DNA of 63,804 nucleotides, the filler included, from Welwitschia mirabilis (lineage: Eukaryota): assembly GCA_051453625.1 (NCBI GenBank). It is 5 parts of one record of this genome, joined end to end, with 100 filler letters (N's around TTAATTAATTAA, not from the genome) between each part and the next. Parts side by side here need not be neighbours in the genome. Positions count along the whole stretch, not along the records: positions 1 to 24,926 come from JBOZIK010000001.1; 4 more parts are not named here. The stretch is one strand, 5' to 3'. The first letter of the stretch is position 1; every line of letters begins with the position of its first letter. Shown here piece after piece: positions 1 to 12,939 of this stretch. Under the pieces are notes generated by a model that searched no databases, was not told where the DNA came from, and saw only the letters and a list, made by a program, of their open reading frames with translations. Made by a program: the position numbers and the translations under genes.

Positions 1-345
1 GGTGCCTTTGTGGTTGAAAATAGAGGCAGGCACTAATAACATGACCAGAGTAGGAGGAGATATAAGAGCAGAGGCTTGTCTTATATCAGGAGTATGGAAT
101 GCTGGTTTTGTAAGAAAAAGGGCCACAGACAAAAGGACGGCTATGCATGAGAAGCAAAACAAACGGAGAAGACTGAAAGGGGAAAAATAGAAGAGTCTTT
201 TTTTCAAGTGAATCAAGCTAAAAAAGATGTTAGTTTCCTTGTATCTGAACCTTGTGCCTTCCTGACAGAGGAACATGGCAAAGATGTGTGGTTGGTTCAC
301 ACAGGTGCCTCCTTTCATCTTTGCCCTGATCGTTCTGTCTTTCCA
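1..345 (+). pseudogene. Ty1/Copia gag-protease fragment (Tnt1/Tork-like), truncated by a gap
   Basis: ORF 208-345 contains WLVHTGASFHLCP, a degenerate Copia protease motif (WxxDSGAS.H). Degenerate zinc-knuckle-like sequence lies upstream. Confidence 0.7.
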
Positions 346-445
346 NNNNNNNNNNNNNNNNNNNNNNNNNNNNNNNNNNNNNNNNNNNNNNNNNNNNNNN
401 NNNNNNNNNNNNNNNNNNNNNNNNNNNNNNNNNNNNNNNNNNNNN

Positions 446-2500
446 TCAGCTAGAGATACTCCTTTTTCAGTATATCGACCAATGTGGTCATTAAGATGCA
501 TAGTAGTATTCCCTACTTCACCCCAAAGATACGTCTTACAGCCACTGAAATACATCATGAAATGCGCCATATCCATAATTGTGCAGTTAAATCGCTCAGC
601 GATGCCATTTTGTTGAGGTGTCCTAGGACAGGTCATCAAATGAAGAATTCCTTCAAAAGCAAGAAAGTCCTTAAGCTTTTAATCTGACAATCAGCTTGCT
701 TTTCTACTTTGATTTTGAACTTCTTGAAAATGTTCAAAGTCTAAGATTTGAACTTGATAAAATATACCCAAGTCATTCGAGAATAGTCATCAAAAAAGAT
801 ATAAAATAATGAAAACCGTGCAAAGTAGAAACTGGCATAGGTCCACATAGATTACTGTGAATAAGAGAAAGCTTTCGATTGGCATGCCACTTACTTGGTG
901 CAAACCATTGTCTAGTTGCTTTTCCCATTATACATGCTTCACACTGAGGAAAAACTCGTGAAATAGATTAAAGAAGCTGGTGGCCATTCTCACACATTAC
1001 ATTCATCGTGTGAAGAGAAGATGCCCTAGTCGAGCATGCCACAGTAGCAAGGGAAAGATTTCATCCTGGGAAACTGTGCAAGCAATCTCTCACATTTTGA
1101 CACAACCTTAAAGACGAAGACGCTTTACATCCATGTAGCCTTTCATAACCAGTTCTTGATTGTAATAAAAAATCTCCACTAAGTGCTTTGTCATAGAAAT
1201 TGATTGATCTTCTCGCACCGGAGCGAAAAGCAATAAAAGATGTGATCTCAAAGAAAGCACATATAAAACATTAGAAAGAGTCTGCGAAGAAAGCGATGTC
1301 AAGTTAAGGGTAATTGAACCATAGCCTTCCACTGAACCTGGAGTTCTGTTTGCAAAATAAACCTGCCTTATCGTTGCGACGAAATCATCAAAATAATCAC
1401 ATCGATAAGTCATCTGACAAGTAGCATCTATGTCAAGACTCTAGGTCTCATCATGAGGTATGTGCTCACTCATATCCACAAAGTCAGAGTTGTCAAAAAC
1501 TACATTCAACTCAAGATTTTCATTATCAAGGGATTCAGATTCTTCATTAAGTGCATTAGCCTTAGGTGTAGATTTAATCTTGTCCTAAGGTATCTAACAG
1601 AAGTTCACGGTATGACCTTGTTTTCCGCATCGTGAGCACTGATATTTGTTTTTTTTCGGAGTAGCAGTATGCTTAACTTGCATCTTGTTCGGCTGAGTCT
1701 GATTAGGCTTCTTATTTTGCTGTTTCTGTGGAGCCTTACCCTTTTCATGATGTAATGCCTTTAGCGGATGAGAGGTGTTAACGAGGAGATCCATGAGAAT
1801 GAGAAACTTTGAATGCTGCATTAGAGGATGAAGAGCCTGTGAAGTTAAATTGCGCTTTTGCAGCAACAAGATCCTTATTGAGCATGTCAAAACTCAAATT
1901 AGGTAGCTGCTTACTTCCATGAAGAGAGGGAATGTAGCTACAAAAAGATGAATCCTCCAAGCAGCAACAAACCGAGTTGATGTAATTAATGCAAACTTTA
2001 TTCGTTGGGTCTATCTCAGTAACCTTTGTTGTAATATCTATCATCTGAGCTATGAGCTGACACATTTTGCTGCTTTCATAATGTAAGTTGTTTATGCTTG
2101 TAATGAGATTGATCAGTTCTAGATCATTCTTCGCATAAATCGTGCAAAGTACAATAGTTGATATACTAGACTTGCTTCGATAAACCAACTTTTTATGTGA
2201 AGTAGCCACTGATTTTCGCATTATCTCAGTGAGCTTGTGATCAATGGCCAGCCATGCATCTTCCTCATCTGAATTCTGAAGAGGAACATGCGCCTTTTCG
2301 AAAACCATAGATATGCATTTTAGACATGAAGTCCTCATTCCAATCCTCCCAACTCTGATTATCATATAATATTACCCTAAGGTGGGCCATTATTCCGGTA
2401 GTCAATATGGGCATGAAGTTGTCTGACAAGATCTGGAATTTGCCTTTTGATGAAGAAGCCATAATGAATGCTGAGAAGAGTGAGAGAAGGTTTGACAAGT
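446..2500 (-). mobile_element. Degenerate Ty1/Copia gag-PR-INT fragment
   Basis: Zinc knuckle CSRCGKQGHTVNFC (ORF 1594-1890), gag-like ORF 1778-2365, degenerate protease *SLDIDATCQMT near 1410-1440 followed by LSNVLYVLSLRSHLL, and integrase-like remnants at 446-900. Many stops. Confidence 0.8.
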
Positions 2501-3135
2501 CATGAGGTAAAGTTGAATTCCAAAGGGATCTTGCTCACATCCACTACTAAAAAAAGGATCTCTCCAACACTCAAAGAAAACTCGTCGAAACCCAAAAATG
2601 AGGGGGGAAAAGCTAGAAAAATTTGAGGACAATGGTATAGTCACCTGAAAAGGGATCATGCTCTCATCCACAAGTTCAAGTGATCTATCCAGGTCACAAT
2701 GCAACAAAGAAAACAAAGTCACGACGGAGAGCAATAGTCACAACGAAACAGAATCAATCCCAAAAATCTGAGTGATTTACCCAAACCACAATGTGTGACA
2801 ACCAAGACAAACCCCCTTCCCCTTCCCTAAATAATGTAAAAATCCTACGCACGAGAACAAACAAAGTATATTGTTAAAAAGTTCTTAATGTGAGCAAGGT
2901 AAGTTTTAACACAAATGGGCCTAATTTGGTTATTAGGTGATAAAAATGTAGATTTGTCAATTTTAGAGTCTGCTCCTGAATCCGTGTAGTGATCACGTCT
3001 TCTCCAAGGATGGTTCCCTTGTCTCCTAAAGGAGTAAAAAGACAAAATGTGAATCACCTCGATGAGCCGTCCAAGTCGTCAGCCAGTTTCGGTTACCTCA
3101 GCGATATACCCCCTTTAATGGAGAGTAACTTGCAA

Positions 3136-4125
3136 TGTTGGTGACCTACTTATACCTTAAACTTAGTAAATTTTAAAATTGATTATACTTATGACTCCCT
3201 GTCGACTTGATGATGAAATCCAAGTAGACCTTACCACTATGTCTCTCATCTTCACCTAATATACCCTCGATTACCAAGGCGTATGCGGGAATCTAGACCT
3301 TGAGGCACTTGGGATGTTTTTGCTTAAGAGAGACACACCTCTCTATACGGCTCGAACTTTATAGTTAAGGTACTTAAGACTGCACAACAAGCTCAGAGGG
3401 CAGCGTAGCCTAACATGGATCTCTGTCTATGTAAAGCTCCCTGTGCCTGCCACCAACCAAGACTTATTACTAGTGAAAAAAGTGATGTGTTTAAGGGGCA
3501 AGGTAATTTCCAATTTTAAACCTTAATCACAGAAAACTAAATTTTAAATGTGAGAAAGATAAAAGGAAAATACCCAAAAAAAAACACACGAGGATAGGGA
3601 CTAACTTGGTATAGTTAAGCTAAGTAGATCTTGCTCAACAACGCAAACTTAGCTTAATCTATCCAAATCACAAAATAAGTCTAAGTGAGAGAAAAAAATC
3701 AAGTCAAGTGGATCTTGCTCCACATCCCAAACTTGACTTGATGAGAAAAAATAAGGTTAAGGGCTCACAATTAGCAAAAAATTTCCAAAAACCTTTAAAA
3801 AACACAAAAAAATGCTTAAAAGACTAAGTTTGGGGCTTATAAATGTGAAAAATGCCCAAAAAACGTGAAAAATAGCTCAAAAGAGCTAAAAAGCTAAAAA
3901 ATTGCCTATGTGCACAAACAAGGCTAATGGATGAGCAATGGCTACTTAAACGCATGTGCACAGGAATAGGTAATGGCTGAGCAATAGCAGAGCAATTCTG
4001 CGTGTGCATAGAAAGGTGAGAAGAGCCAACACAAATTTTTTTTAAAAATCAATTTTACAAGTGACTAGAAATTGAACTCTATACCTCCTTCTTTAGAACC
4101 CAATGCCTTGATTGTTACACCAACA
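3136..4125. mobile_element. Probable ~1-kb LTR (Gypsy-like)
   Basis: Termini TGTTGGTG (3136) and CACCAACA (4118-4125) form a perfect 8-bp inverted repeat around non-coding sequence. No matching TSD found. Confidence 0.4.
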
Positions 4126-4178
4126 GTCTGTTGGTGATTATATACTATTAAAAAAATATAATTGAAGTTTCTTCAACA

Positions 4179-7100
4179 GTGGGATGTAGTGTCACCATGG
4201 GCAAGCAAAGTAAGAGTGCCTATAGTCTAGTAGCAGGCACAACGACAAAAAAGGAGAATGCAGCCATGCAGAAGCAGGAGTTGATATCGAATTTTGTTAA
4301 GTTTGAAGAGTATCAAGTTGTTATTCCAAAGCCTGTAAAATGTCATACATTATTAAACTCTCTTCCTAAATCTTGGGTTGCAATTGTGATAGCAATTACC
4401 ACATCTATGAGCATGATGGCAAAAACTTTTGATAATGTAATATCTAATCGAGAGGATGCAAAAAATAGACTGAAGAAAGTATAACCTGCCAACAGTGCCT
4501 TCACGGATGACAACAAAGGCAAAAGCAGGAGACATGATCAAAGCAAGGGGAAAAGCAAGAGCAAAGGAGTTTCACATAGCAGAAATCTAGAATGTTGGTT
4601 TCCCAAGAAAAAGGTATAGAGATAATTGGTTTCAATGATGAGCAAANNNNNNNNNNNNNNNNNNNNNNNNNNNNNNNNNNNNNNNNNNNNNNNNNNNNNN
4701 NNNNNNNNNNNNNNNNNNNNNNNNNNNNNNNNNNNNNNNNNNNNNNTTGATTGATTTTGTTTCATAAAATATTTGTGAAGATTCAAATTCGAATTTATAT
4801 TCTTAGTTTGCAATAAAGAGAAAGTGCCCTATTCACCCCCCTCTAGGGTGCTTCTTTAATCCTAATAAAAGGGCCATGTCAAAAGGGATTGCTACGCATG
4901 GAAGGCTAAGCAGAAAGAGAGGGGTGAAAAGGGGAAAGCAGAAGAAAATTCCTCTAAGGTCGCTCATGCAGATGACGACGTGAGCTTTCTTATACAAAAA
5001 CCTTATACTCTCGTGACTGAAAGACAAAGTGGGGAAGTATAGTTGAGAGATACAAGTGCCTCTTTTCACATTGGTCCTGATTGTTCCATTTCATATTATA
5101 CTATGTTGCTTTATTCGATGTTGTGTATGTTGCAAATGGGAAACCATTGAGAGTTGCTAAAATAGGTAGCATTGTTTTGCAGCAACCACAGATGCTAAAA
5201 GTTACCATCAACAATGTTCGTCATGGTCCAGAGGTGATAAAGAAGTTGATCTCTGTCACACAGTTGTATGATCTAGGTCTAAATTTTTCAACTGGTGGTG
5301 GCCGTTGGAAAATTACGAAAGGGATTATGATAGTTTTGTAGGGCAAAAATGATGGCAGCCTATACATTTTAGAGGCCGATGCTTGTGATATAGCTCCTGC
5401 AATTTTAGACGCACATGACGTTGATGTATGGTATAAACGTCTTGAACAAACTGAGAACTCTGGTTTAAAGGCATTACAATCTCAATCTCTTGTTCTTGCA
5501 TTTTCTCATGGTCCAACAAATTTTTGTAAAGACTATTTAATTGGAAAGTCAAGTTAATGTTACTTTTCCTAGGGATTTGGATAATAGAAACAAAAATAAA
5601 TTGGAATTGGTTTATTCTGATATTTGTGTTCCTATGAATCCTATTTCTCTCAATAGTCCTTTATATTTTGTGATGTTTATTGATAATTGTACGCAAAAGG
5701 TTTGGGTCTACATGTTGAAATCTAAGGACAAAGTCCTAAGGATATTTAAAACATTTGTTACTAGGGTTGAAATGCAAACAGGTTTGAGGTTCAAATGTTT
5801 GCTTACTCACAATGAAAGGGAGTATACCTCTAAGGCTTTTGCAAAATTTTGTAATAGCAAGGAAATTCATCACATTCATACATCATTGGGCAGATCACAA
5901 GAAAATGGTATTACTAAAAGATGCAATAGGACACCATTTGAATGAGCCAGATCTATGGTTGCAGATGCAAGTTAGTCCAAATCTTTTTGGGCAGAAGCAC
6001 TGGTGACAGTTACTCAGTTGGTGAATAGATCTCCTCATTCATCTCTTACTAATGGTGTTCCAAAAATCCTTTGGAAAGGTAAAAATGTTTCTTAGAAGTA
6101 TTTAAGAGTTTTTGGGTGTGAAACCTATATGCATATCCAAAAGGAAAATAGAACTAAGCTACAGGAAAGAGCCAAACGAGGCATATTTATTGGGTATGGA
6201 GAGGATGTTCTAGGCTATAGACTATGGAATCCTTAAACCAACTAGATTGTGAGGTTATGGGATGTTAAATTTATAGAATATGTGATGTTTTATGATTTAC
6301 AGGACAAGAATCAAGGAAATAGTGATTTCGGCTTCCCGCATCACTCTTGCAAGTTGAGAAATGAAATAGATGAAGAGCAAGAAGGGAAAACTAGAAGAGG
6401 AGGATCCTAAAACTGTAATTTCAGTCAGTGGTGAAACATCTGTAGATAAAGTGAAAAAAGAGGAGGAACCACCCATGGATACATCTCACTGAATAAGGAG
6501 ATCTATCAAGACTTCATGTCCACCTGATGGGTATTCTCCTTCATGTTATTATGTACTTTACACTGATTGTGGAGAACTAGAAATAGTCAGAGAAGATCAT
6601 TCTTGTGCTAATGCTGCCAAATGGAATAGCCATGGACGATGAGCGGAAATCCTTGAAACAAAATAATACATGGAATTCGGTGGAGTTACCTAAGGGGTGT
6701 AAAGCTTTCCATAGCAAGTGAATTTTCAAGTTCAAGAATGAAGCAAACAGAGAAACGTGCTACAAGGTTAGGCTAGTGGTAGAAGGTTTTGATCAAAGCT
6801 AGGTGTTGACTTTACAGAGATTTTTTTCTTCTAGATGAAGCATTTGTCCATCCATATGGTTCTTTTTTCAGTTGTCTACTTGGATTTAGAATTGGAACAG
6901 CTAGATATGAAAAATGCCTTTCTACATGGTAATTTAGAGGAAGAGATTTTTATGCAGCAAATGAAAGGGTATGTAAACAAACAGTGCCTTGATGTTATTT
7001 GCCATTTAAAGGAAAGTCTTTATGTTCTAAAAGAAGACCCAAGACAATGCTATAAGAAATTTGATACATTCATGAAGAACTTGTCATACTAGAAAAGTCA

Positions 7101-8370
7101 ATTTGATCATTGTGTTTATTTCTCTAGAAGTGTCTTAGGTAAACTTGATATCCTGCTATTGTATGTTGATGACATGTGGATTATAGGAAACAATGAGGCT
7201 AAAAAAAAACGTTTAAAGTGGAAATGGGCAAGCATTTTGCAATGAAAGATTTGGGGTATGCAAAGAAAATTTTGAAAATGAGCATTTACAAAGACAAGAA
7301 GCAGANNNNNNNNNNNNNNNNNNNNNNNNNNNNNNNNNNNNNNNNNNNNNNNNNNNNNNNNNNNNNNNNNNNNNNNNNNNNNNNNNNNNNNNNNNNNNNN
7401 NNNNNGGAAATGGGTAAGCATTTTGCAATGAAAGATTTGGGGCATGCAAAGAAAATTCTAGGAATGAGCATTCACAAAGACAAGAAGCAGAAGAAGTTGT
7501 GGTTGAGCCAAAGTGACTATATTGGCAAGGTGCTTAAACAATTGGCATGAAAGATGCTAAACCTATTAGTACTCCTTTAGCTTCTTATTTCCAGTTGCCT
7601 AGAAAGGAGTATCCCACCTCAAAGGAAGATGCTACTAGGGTGGAAAACATTTCATATACCTTAGCGATACGCTCGCTCATGTATGCTATGGGATGTACTC
7701 ATCCTGATATTGCTTATGCAATTGAAATAGTTACTAGGTACATGAGTAATTATGGTTGGAATAATTGGCTTGCAGTAAAATGGTTTTTAGATATTTGAAA
7801 GGTACTCAAATGAAGTTCTTGCGTTTCAGCAATGGTCATTTAAGTATTCAAGCTTTTGTAGATGCTAATTTTGCAATAGATTTAGATACCAAACATTCCA
7901 CCACAGGTTATATTTTTACATTACATCGAGGTGCAATTAGTTGGTTGTATAATCTTCAAACACTAGTGACCTTGCCTGCCATGAAGGCGGAATATGTAGC
8001 CCTTACAGAGGCATGTAAAAAAATGATTTGGACAAGGAAATCTCTGTAAGCTTTTATGCTAAAGCAGAATAGATATTATGTCTTTTGTGACAATCAAAGT
8101 GCTATTCACCTAGCAGAGAATCCTATATTGTATGCTAGAACAAAACACACTGACATCAGGTTCCATTTGTGAAAGAAGTCACTTAAAGAGTAGTGGCTAC
8201 TATTTAAAAAGTTCATACAAAGGGAAACATTGTTGGCAACCTTACAAAGGTGGTGACAATGAAGAAGCACAACTTCTACTAAGAGAAGTTGGGAATTGTT
8301 GTGACTTGAGCAATGGGCATTTGAAGCAATGCATCTCTGATATTTCCTTGGATGCTGGCCAAATTTGTCT
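4179..8370 (+). mobile_element. Degenerate Ty1/Copia internal region (Tnt1/Tork-like): gag, PR, INT, RT, RNase H
   Basis: gag LLNSLPKSW; zinc knuckle split by an insertion; INT LELVYSDIC..YFVMFIDNCTQKVWVYMLKSKD..QENG; RT LEQLDMKNAFLHGNLEEEIFM and LLYVDDM; RNase H FVDANFA..STTGYIF..AEYVALTEA. Frameshifts and stops throughout. Confidence 0.92.
4615..4867 (+). mobile_element. Sirevirus LTR termini (solo LTR or collapsed element) inserted in the Copia gag zinc knuckle
   Basis: Starts TATAGAG..TTCAATGATGA and ends CTATTCACCCCCCTCTAGGG..CCTAATA, resembling the other SIRE LTRs here. TSD AAAGG at 4610-4614 and 4868-4872. The middle is an N gap. Confidence 0.85.
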
Positions 8371-9779
8371 ATCAGCCATTCTGGAAGAGTGTGCACTAGG
8401 GATAACAATTCCTTTCTTTTGACAAATCTTTAATTGTTGCTACTTGTCGTCGCTTAGTAACACAAGTAGCAATATGTCTACAATCGCCACATAGTCACCT
8501 AGTGACGATGTAGTGACAGAATTCACAAGTAAGCGATTGTTGCTACTTGTCATGACCCAGCAATAATGTGGCGATGAGTCAAGGGCTTCAATTCAATTGG
8601 TCTTCACTTTGCATTCCTTGTGCCTTCCCTGACTTCTATCGATTCTCCAACACTTGGCTAGTGATCATATCCTCTCATTCACTAGTCTACAAGTAAGTTT
8701 TGTCACTCTCCTCACTCCTTCTAAGATTTTTCATGCCTTTGTTTTGTGATAGCCATGTGATATTCTATAGTGGATTTGCATTAACTTTCTGGAATTTAAG
8801 CTCAATCATAGGAATGATGTTTCATTGAAATCATTTCAATCACCCAAACAAAAAAGAAAAAATCTAGATCGATGTTGTAAATAACTAAATACAAGGAAAA
8901 ATCTTAAGCAATTCCTAAACTTGGTCAACTGTCCCTATTATTTATTGATACAATATCTCTCTTCTTCTGTTCATAGCACCTAATGGCACAGGGATGATAG
9001 GTGCATCAGTCAAGAAACACGGTGCATCTTCCATCATAATTTAAATGCCACTATTTCTCCTAGGAAGTTACAAACCCTATGGCCCAAGTGTCTATTAGGA
9101 GCTTTACCAAATACTAGGTAATATCCTTGGGTCATCAAAGCATGCCCACCTTCAAGTAGCTCTTTAAGCACATAATATTTGTGTCTGCAACAAACCATCC
9201 TTCCATTCTACATATGTACCACTGCATCACCTTTGTGTCAATCCACGCTATCTCGAATCTGGACGTCTCTGTAAAATAATGTTAGAAGCAGCTGGCACTG
9301 ACACGTTCTCCGCACTTTCTTAACATATTTTCTCTCTCTTTTATAAAAGTCTCCTTTGCAGGTTCTAATGGATGAACCCTATGACTAGATATACAGCTTC
9401 CTCCAGACATAAGGAAAACATCCCAATTTCTTCCTACTCTAATGAGTTTTCCATATCTGCATTGCTTCCATAACAACGCAAATTCTTTCCAAAAATTTAT
9501 CATTTTTTCAAGAAGGAAATGAACTTCTGTTGTTGCCCCATGTAGGATTTAGTTCAAGGAAATGTATCTGAAGTACTTAATACTAATCGGATGCATCAGT
9601 TTTAAAGGATTAGCATGCTCTTCCTTATGTTGAATCAAGTCCTTTCCTATGTATGCAAGAGCTATTAAAATTATTTGAAACTAGAATATTTTCATTTGGT
9701 AATATGAGGGTGATATCATTATTCTCTTCATGTTTCTCTTATTTTTTCTATACATTATGTGTGTTTTGTAGTGGCTTCA

Positions 9780-10810
9780 ACATCATGTTCTAGGTCCTTG
9801 AAGAGAATGCAGAAGGCATCAAATCATCCCGCTTCCATCACACACCCTAAAGACTCCATCAGCGGCTCTTTGAAAAGCCTAGTTTTTGGTAGACAGATCC
9901 TTTGAGGATGTGCTTACTTGGATAGAAAACCAAAGGATGGAAAAAATGAAGACTCTCCAATGGAAATGGATAGTATCTGCTAATGGGCCATAGTTAGACC
10001 ATGAGATCAAGGAATTCTTCTTGAATATCGGCAGAATTAGGGAAGAGAACAAAGATCTCTCAACTTCCACTGTTTTAGGAGCCCAAATCAAAATTGGTGT
10101 GCACACAATGGCCCATGAGCTTGGCATGTTAGGGAGGAGCTACAAATTTCTTCCTCTTATTAGATGTTTTGTGAAGAGAAAAGAAGCTATTTGAGCGCTC
10201 CTTTCCCATTATGCAGTAATGTTGGACCCTAAAGTGGTCATGCCAAGCATTTTGAACAAGGGCCAATAGATAATAGCAAAAGCAATATAGGGGAACATCA
10301 TTCCATCCCCTCACACTAGCCGTCTAATGTCTGTAGCCCTTGTGATCTTGGGAAAGCATTAGAGAAGAACATGGAATACAATTTACATGCATTCATTTGG
10401 TCCCGCACGGTAGAGTTTACCAAGGAGGGCAAACCAGCATTTCTACCATATTCATGCCTCATCAACAAATTAATTAAATAGTTTATTCCTCCACCCACAA
10501 ATGCAAGCTTTATTTCTATTCTTATTGTGATGATGAAGACCTTACAAAAGATGGGCATCAAGAAAGGCCAAGTAGTAGTGCCAAACTAACTCCACCATCT
10601 GTGTCATTCACACTTGGTCCTTCTTCCTCTACACTAGGCCTCTCTACTTCTGCCACACAGGAACCCTCCACATTGACCATACCTCCATAGCCATTACATT
10701 TAGAAGAGTAGCACCTGTTGGTAAACCACATGGTCAATCTATGGTAGCGTATGGACCAACAAATGGTGGATTTTCGTACTTTTTGATCACTACATTACCA
10801 ATATGAGAGA
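9780..10810 (+). pseudogene. Degenerate retrotransposon accessory ORF (putative plant transposon protein/Transposase_32-like), probably from an Athila/Tat-type Gypsy relic
   Basis: Manual translation gives DRSFEDVLTWIENQ(G)WKK..NGP*LDHEIKEFFLNI, then an S/T/P-rich tail (SSSAKLTPPSVSFTLGPSSST). A PPT-like AGGGGG followed by TGATAAAC lies near 11284-11300. Confidence 0.45.
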
Positions 10811-12881
10811 ATATTTTGATCTTCAAGTTACAGCTGTCAGGTTGGAGGTATTGCAATGCATGGATAACATACAAGAGGGAAGCACAGCTTGGGTGCACAC
10901 TCTTTTAATAGCCGAAATCTCACTTTGACGGCATCAACCAACAATTGGCCCACATTTCTGAGCACATGGATACTTTGACTATTACACCACATGAGTTGGA
11001 TGCCTTCAAACCAGCTACTAAAGAAGAAGAGGAAGAGCTTTCCTTCGTAGCTTCCCTTCAGAAAGCTCTCGCATTATTCCCTCTTCGTATGCATTGAGCC
11101 CTTCTTGATTTATCGTGGTGAACGCTGTGATGTAAATAAACCGCTTTTTGGAATTTTGTAATACATGATTTTCTTCAGTACAAAATTGGCACTTTCTCCT
11201 TTGCTACTTTATTTTTATAATCTTTGCCCATAGGCCTCGTTCATTCTTAAAGAGGCTACCCCAAGCCTTGGCAAGGGCCTAACAGGGGGCTATGATAAAC
11301 ATCTAAAATGAGATCTATGCAGTGTACTATGAATACGACAATTAGAACTTCATTAAAAGAGTAGTGGGAGTGTCTGAAAGTAGAGTTGGACACCTTGAAC
11401 AAAATTGAAAGAATTTTTGGTAGTTATGGCAGAATTATCACCCGACAAGCAATCTAGTGATAGCCATATTGCAACATCATTGCCATATACCATCGCTATA
11501 GCGACAACATTGCGACTATAGGACATAGTTGAGATAATCACCACTTACCATCACACAAGGACGATACCTAGCGACGCCTTCCATTGTCACAGAATGAGAT
11601 CATTGCTAGTTACCATCTCCCAATGACGGTATCCCATTATGCCTTCTTTTGTTACATATTGAAAGCATTGCTTTGCAAATGCCAAATGACGCAAGTAGCA
11701 ACAATAATGTTTTTGCATACCAACTTTTTAACTTCTCAACCAATTTGAAAGCTGTAAAAGCAAAGGACTTGTCTTTACCAAATTTAGCCAATCCACTGCT
11801 AGAAAACATGATAGAAGTAGCAAGAGTGGGGAAGCCATTGAGAGAGACTTGGAACCAGGTCCCTTGCCTCTTTTTGTGAGTTGAGGTGAGACCCTCGTCT
11901 CCAAGACCAGTATGTAAGCCAAGCATTTCAGATATTGACTTAATAAACTTTTTCATTTCTGACTGTCAATTTGTTTGTTGAATAGCATTGTTCATTAATG
12001 TGAATCTGATACATGAATTGAGACTAGTTGGGTGACAGCTGAGTAAATTATGGCAGTGACTTGCATTGTATAATACTTGCATTATTGTTTCTTATTTTCT
12101 TTGTATGTTGAAACAGTTTGCTCTCCACCCCCCATTCTTCTACTCTCTAACATCTTGTCTTCACTCGGTATGATACTCAGGATTGTTGATGATGGAAGAT
12201 GCATGATAAATCAAGTTGCACAAGAAGCCCATCATTGAGAAACAGTGGAATGCCCATTGCCATGAGTGACCTGCCTCTTACATCAAGAAGTGGATGAAGA
12301 CGACTCAAAGAAAGAAATACCCTCTTTTCTTGCCAGCATTTTGTATACTCTTGCTAAAACAATTTTGTTATGTTCTGTTTTGGGCATGTCTAGCATCTTT
12401 TGGATACGTAGTTAAGTGTTAACCATTCAATAGTGTCACATCTATACTGGTTGGTTAGTATATCTCGATATTAATGCTGCTTTGGTATTATGAATGTTGT
12501 ACTCTTTTTATCCTTGCAAATGAATGAATATAAATTCTTAAGTTACCTATATTATATGTGCTCTTTCTAATGCTTATTAGCTGCACTGTTATAATCTCCT
12601 ATGTATAGTTTCTAAGTAACTAATTTCTAACGGCTCATTAGTTCCAGTCTTCTTGTAGCTTTTTTAATCTGCTTTTGCAGGCCTGGATTATGGAAAAAAG
12701 TGGAAGATATAGAAATGCAAGTATTCCCAGTTGAAGCCTTGCTGGTTGGCAACTCACAGTGTTTTTGTAACAGTTTTGTAGCTATAGCTTCTTTGTTGGT
12801 CAACTGTGTTAGGGGTTCCTTACTATCAGATGCCCCATATTAAACTTGCAAATGCAATGTAAGCTTGCTTTAAAATATCTC

Positions 12882-12886
12882 TCACT

Positions 12887-12935
<49 letters not shown>
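12882..12935. repeat. (CA)n(GA)n compound microsatellite
   Basis: Directly visible. Confidence 0.95.

Positions 12936-12939
<4 letters not shown>

Noticed and set aside
4118..4136. Hairpin CACCAACA-GTC-TGTTGGTG
   Set aside because: Explained by LTR-terminal-type sequence or chance; no further support.
7220..7495. Duplicated RT segment EMGKHFAMKDLG (similar short duplications at 22587-22805 and 55225-55356)
   Set aside because: They flank 100-N gaps, as expected for unmerged contig overlaps.
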